Source: a bacterium
GTDB lineage: Bacteria > Patescibacteriota > Saccharimonadia > UBA4664
Direction: 5' to 3'
NCBI GenBank assembly: GCA_016699105.1
Contig: CP064960.1
Location: forward strand, 8,727-72,726
Length of the DNA stretch: 64,000 nucleotides
Within the stretch, counting starts at the first letter, position 1. Every line of letters begins with the position of its first letter. The position numbers and the translations under genes were made by a program. Positions 61,550 to 64,000 of this stretch are shown here, in pieces. The notes under the pieces were generated by a model. The model was not told the DNA's origin. It saw nothing but the letters and a program-made list of their open reading frames with translations, and did not search any database.

Positions 61550-61933
61550 GTGACGACTCGCAACGTGTGGTGGTGGGCGACGGCGGCGGTGGGCATAACA
61601 TTAACAGTCAGTTCGGCCCTGCCGCTCATCCCGCGCGAACCAGCAGCCATTGCTGAAGCGGCGGTCGAGTGGCGAGATTTGAGCCCGGCTGAAATGACAA
61701 TGACCGGAGTTGAGGGCATGACGGCTCTCGAAGTCTTAGAACAACGGGTGGTGGTTGACATTCGTCAGATTGGTGACATGAAGTACGTAACCGCCATCAA
61801 CGGACGACAGGCCGAACTCGTCCGACACGAACAGTGGTCGTTTTGGGTTGATGGACAGGTCGTAGACCAGGATCCATCGGCCTATATGTGCCGTGGCGAT
61901 GAAATGATCGTTTGGCGGCTTAAGAGTTATTAA
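61550..61933 (+). CDS. DUF4430-like secreted protein (transcobalamin-like beta domain; putative corrinoid binding)
   Basis: N-terminal anchor; TALEVLEQ...VTAINGRQAE....WSFWVDGQ....Y.CRGDEMIVWRL matches the DUF4430 pattern. Confidence 0.45.
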   Translation: MTTRNVWWWATAAVGITLTVSSALPLIPREPAAIAEAAVEWRDLSPAEMTMTGVEGMTALEVLEQRVVVDIRQIGDMKYVTAINGRQAELVRHEQWSFWVDGQVVDQDPSAYMCRGDEMIVWRLKSY

Positions 61934-62004
61934 TTTTTAACCGGCGGCGTGCTATCCTAAGAAGACACGTCTGAATGTAAAAATATCGAACAGGGGGTTT
62001 TGTT

Positions 62005-62532
62005 ATGTCGATTGATAAACGCTGGTATGCGGCCATAGTTTTGGTAGTGCTGGCATTGGCTTGGCGGTTATTTAACTATCAATTTATGATTGCTCCTGGT
62101 TTGGAGTTAGTCACTGCAGTCAGCCTGGTTGCGGCGGTCATGCTGCCTCGCCGGGCAGCTTTGGTAGTACCTTTGGCCATTATGGCGGTTGGTGATCTCG
62201 TTTTGGGCAACTCCCCTATATTGGCATTTACCTGGTCGGCTTTTGCCTTGATCGGCCTGAGCGGACTGGTACTCAAGCGTTGGCAGAAGGGCCGCTTAAT
62301 TCTGGCTAGTATTGCTGGTGGTGCGCTATCGGCATTTTTCTTCTTTGCCTACACCAACTTTGGCGTTTGGCTGACCAGTGGCATGTACGCCCACACCTGG
62401 GTCGGATTGGTTGACTGCTATGTGATGGCACTACCGTTTTATCGAATGAACTTGATTGGTAATTTGATCGCAGTACCGGCCCTCATGAGTGTGGCGGTTT
62501 ATGGTCCAGCCTTTGTACGTCAGGCTCGGTGA
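62005..62532 (+). CDS. Small polytopic membrane protein (possible ECF-type S component for a corrinoid)
   Basis: 175 aa, 5-6 TM helices, adjacent to cobA/DUF4430. Confidence 0.3.
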   Translation: MSIDKRWYAAIVLVVLALAWRLFNYQFMIAPGLELVTAVSLVAAVMLPRRAALVVPLAIMAVGDLVLGNSPILAFTWSAFALIGLSGLVLKRWQKGRLILASIAGGALSAFFFFAYTNFGVWLTSGMYAHTWVGLVDCYVMALPFYRMNLIGNLIAVPALMSVAVYGPAFVRQAR

Positions 62533-62983
62533 TCTTGGCCGCAATGTCGGAAAGTTCGGCATCATTCATGCGGGGCCCTTCAACCGAAGACAGGTAGCCC
62601 GGGTATTGCGGATAGAACTCCTGATGTTTGCTCCAAACGCCGGTTTGTCCGCCCAGATCTCCGTGTAACGGAATCAGTTTGGCATGTACGTAGGCGACGC
62701 CGGTGCCTTCAAAAATGACAGCTACCCGCGCAACACCCAGCGCTGTCTCCAGTTTTTTGGCGACGTGGCGAGCCGCTACCATTAATCCGGCCATTTGGGC
62801 GTCGGTCAGATTAAATACATAATCGCTCTGGTTGGTTTTGGGAATGACAACTGTAAACCCAAGGGTATTAGGAAATGGTGTTAAAAACGCCAAGTAGTCG
62901 GCATCCTCCCAGACTTTGTGGGCTGCTATTTCACCGCGAACAATTTTATCAAAGATAGTATCCGAAAGCTCTGTTTGGGTCAT
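62483..62983 (-). CDS. HIT-family hydrolase
   Basis: ...VAYVHAKLIPLHG histidine-triad-like region; family-typical length. Confidence 0.55.
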   Translation of the reverse strand: MTQTELSDTIFDKIVRGEIAAHKVWEDADYLAFLTPFPNTLGFTVVIPKTNQSDYVFNLTDAQMAGLMVAARHVAKKLETALGVARVAVIFEGTGVAYVHAKLIPLHGDLGGQTGVWSKHQEFYPQYPGYLSSVEGPRMNDAELSDIAAKITEPDVQRLDHKPPHS

Positions 62984-63013
62984 GACGTATGTCCTTTCAC
63001 GGTTTAATGCCTA

Positions 63014-63976
63014 TTAAGTGTAGCATTCTTGAGTCAAGTTCTGGGCGACTCGCAAATAGCGTTGGGCGACCTCATTATTCATAGTACCCTCGAGTATTTT
63101 CATGCTGCCGATTGTGTAATGGCGATAGAGCATAATGGCCGGAATTGATTGTAGTTCGAGATTGCTCAACGGCCGTACCGTTTGGTATGAGTCGAGATAT
63201 AGTTTTATTAAACTGAGATCTTCTTGGATGTAGATGCTCCAGAGGCTGTTGGCTAGACACATGACATATGGTGCCATGGCTAGATCGTCAAAGTCCAAGA
63301 TGGCAGAAATCTTGCCCGAATCGTCTAGGAGAACATTACCAGCATAAAAATCGAGATGGCAATACCCGACAGGTAACCGCGCATTTAACAACACTTTATA
63401 CGCTCTGGATCGAGCCAAAAAGTCTTTGACAACTGGCTCAATAATAGTATTTGAGTCGATGTGTTTACTAAAATAATTTTCCCGCAGCAGACGCACTGGT
63501 ATATTCCAGAATCGGGCCCGCTGATAGCCGTTTGCCAGCATATGCATCGTGGCATGGGTAGTGGCTAACTGACGAACAAGTTCTGGATGATATTTTTCAG
63601 CATGGAAACCCGGTTGAAACGGCATGAGAATGGCCCGCCAACTGCCATATTTTGTAATTTCTTGTCCCGACCGGTTGACCAACGCCGGAACTGTCTTCAA
63701 ACCGGCGGCGGCTAGATACCTGATGAAAGCAAGTTCCAGGGCGATATGCGAGTCGGGTTTACGGCGATGACGGTAGACTCTTAAGACATATTTTTGTGCG
63801 AGGACGGCGATGATGAGTGTGCAATTTTCAATGCCACTGGTGGCTAGTTCGAATTGGCTGAGTGTGAGTCCGTATTCGGTCAGTATTTCTTGGATATTTT
63901 CAGAAGTTGGCTTAAACTGGCCGGCTACGTCTATTTTCATAGACTCTATCTTAACTGATTTCGGCAGGAGTGCCAT
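63014..63976 (-). CDS. Phosphotransferase-family kinase (APH/homoserine-kinase type II-like)
   Basis: HLDFYAGNVLLDD (catalytic loop) and ILDFDDL (metal-binding) motifs. Confidence 0.55.
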   Translation of the reverse strand: MALLPKSVKIESMKIDVAGQFKPTSENIQEILTEYGLTLSQFELATSGIENCTLIIAVLAQKYVLRVYRHRRKPDSHIALELAFIRYLAAAGLKTVPALVNRSGQEITKYGSWRAILMPFQPGFHAEKYHPELVRQLATTHATMHMLANGYQRARFWNIPVRLLRENYFSKHIDSNTIIEPVVKDFLARSRAYKVLLNARLPVGYCHLDFYAGNVLLDDSGKISAILDFDDLAMAPYVMCLANSLWSIYIQEDLSLIKLYLDSYQTVRPLSNLELQSIPAIMLYRHYTIGSMKILEGTMNNEVAQRYLRVAQNLTQECYT

Positions 63977-64000
63977 GTCCGCTGCGCAGTTTAACTTCGC

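Noticed and set aside
1-64000. rRNA genes or CRISPR arrays anywhere in the window
   Set aside because: No rRNA-like conserved stretches, and no regularly spaced short repeats were seen.

Overview
Bacterial chromosomal window, about 48-50% GC, in three broad sectors.

Sector 1 (about 0.1-3.6 kb): housekeeping and transport genes ending at tRNA-Glu.
- A MOP-type polysaccharide flippase and an MFS transporter.
- A small protein with an in-frame tandem duplication, followed by tRNA-Glu.

Sector 2 (about 3.65-16.46 kb): a roughly 12.8-kb integrated island next to tRNA-Glu.
- Starts with a frameshifted large serine recombinase and an RHH protein.
- Continues with a replication-relaxation-like protein, a Mrr-like restriction-nuclease fragment, and a DUF4279 protein.
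- Ends with a tight PLD nuclease / 72-aa / 423-aa operon and a degenerate copy of the tRNA-Glu 3' end.

Sector 3 (16.5-64 kb): mostly core and accessory chromosome.
- Two PadR-HAAS signalling modules with PspC-domain and pentapeptide effectors.
- A 7TM-GAF histidine kinase with two single-domain response regulators.
- A candidate OlsB/OlsA-like aminolipid pair and an EgtD-like methyltransferase.
- folD, cydAB behind an unusually GC-rich structured leader, pyrD, and a class F sortase with lectin/DUF11 and beta-helix surface proteins.
- An F420-reductase-like gene with an HxlR regulator, an RRM protein, and an SRAP / Y-family polymerase cluster.
- BrnTA and DinJ-YafQ toxin-antitoxin pairs, a GT39 glycosyltransferase, a P-type ATPase, uppP, murB and trxAB.
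- An nrdR-nrdJ (B12-dependent RNR) block followed by cobA, DUF4430 and membrane genes for cobalamin salvage.

Most striking non-coding signal: two 137-nt covarying structured elements (48.1 kb and 52.0 kb). Each sits immediately downstream of a different tRNA-Arg gene, ends in a copy of that tRNA's 3' terminus, and is bracketed by copies of the tRNA terminator.

Caveat: about 20 genes, including essential ones, carry apparent single-nucleotide frameshifts, often at homopolymers. This looks like indel sequencing error more than biology.
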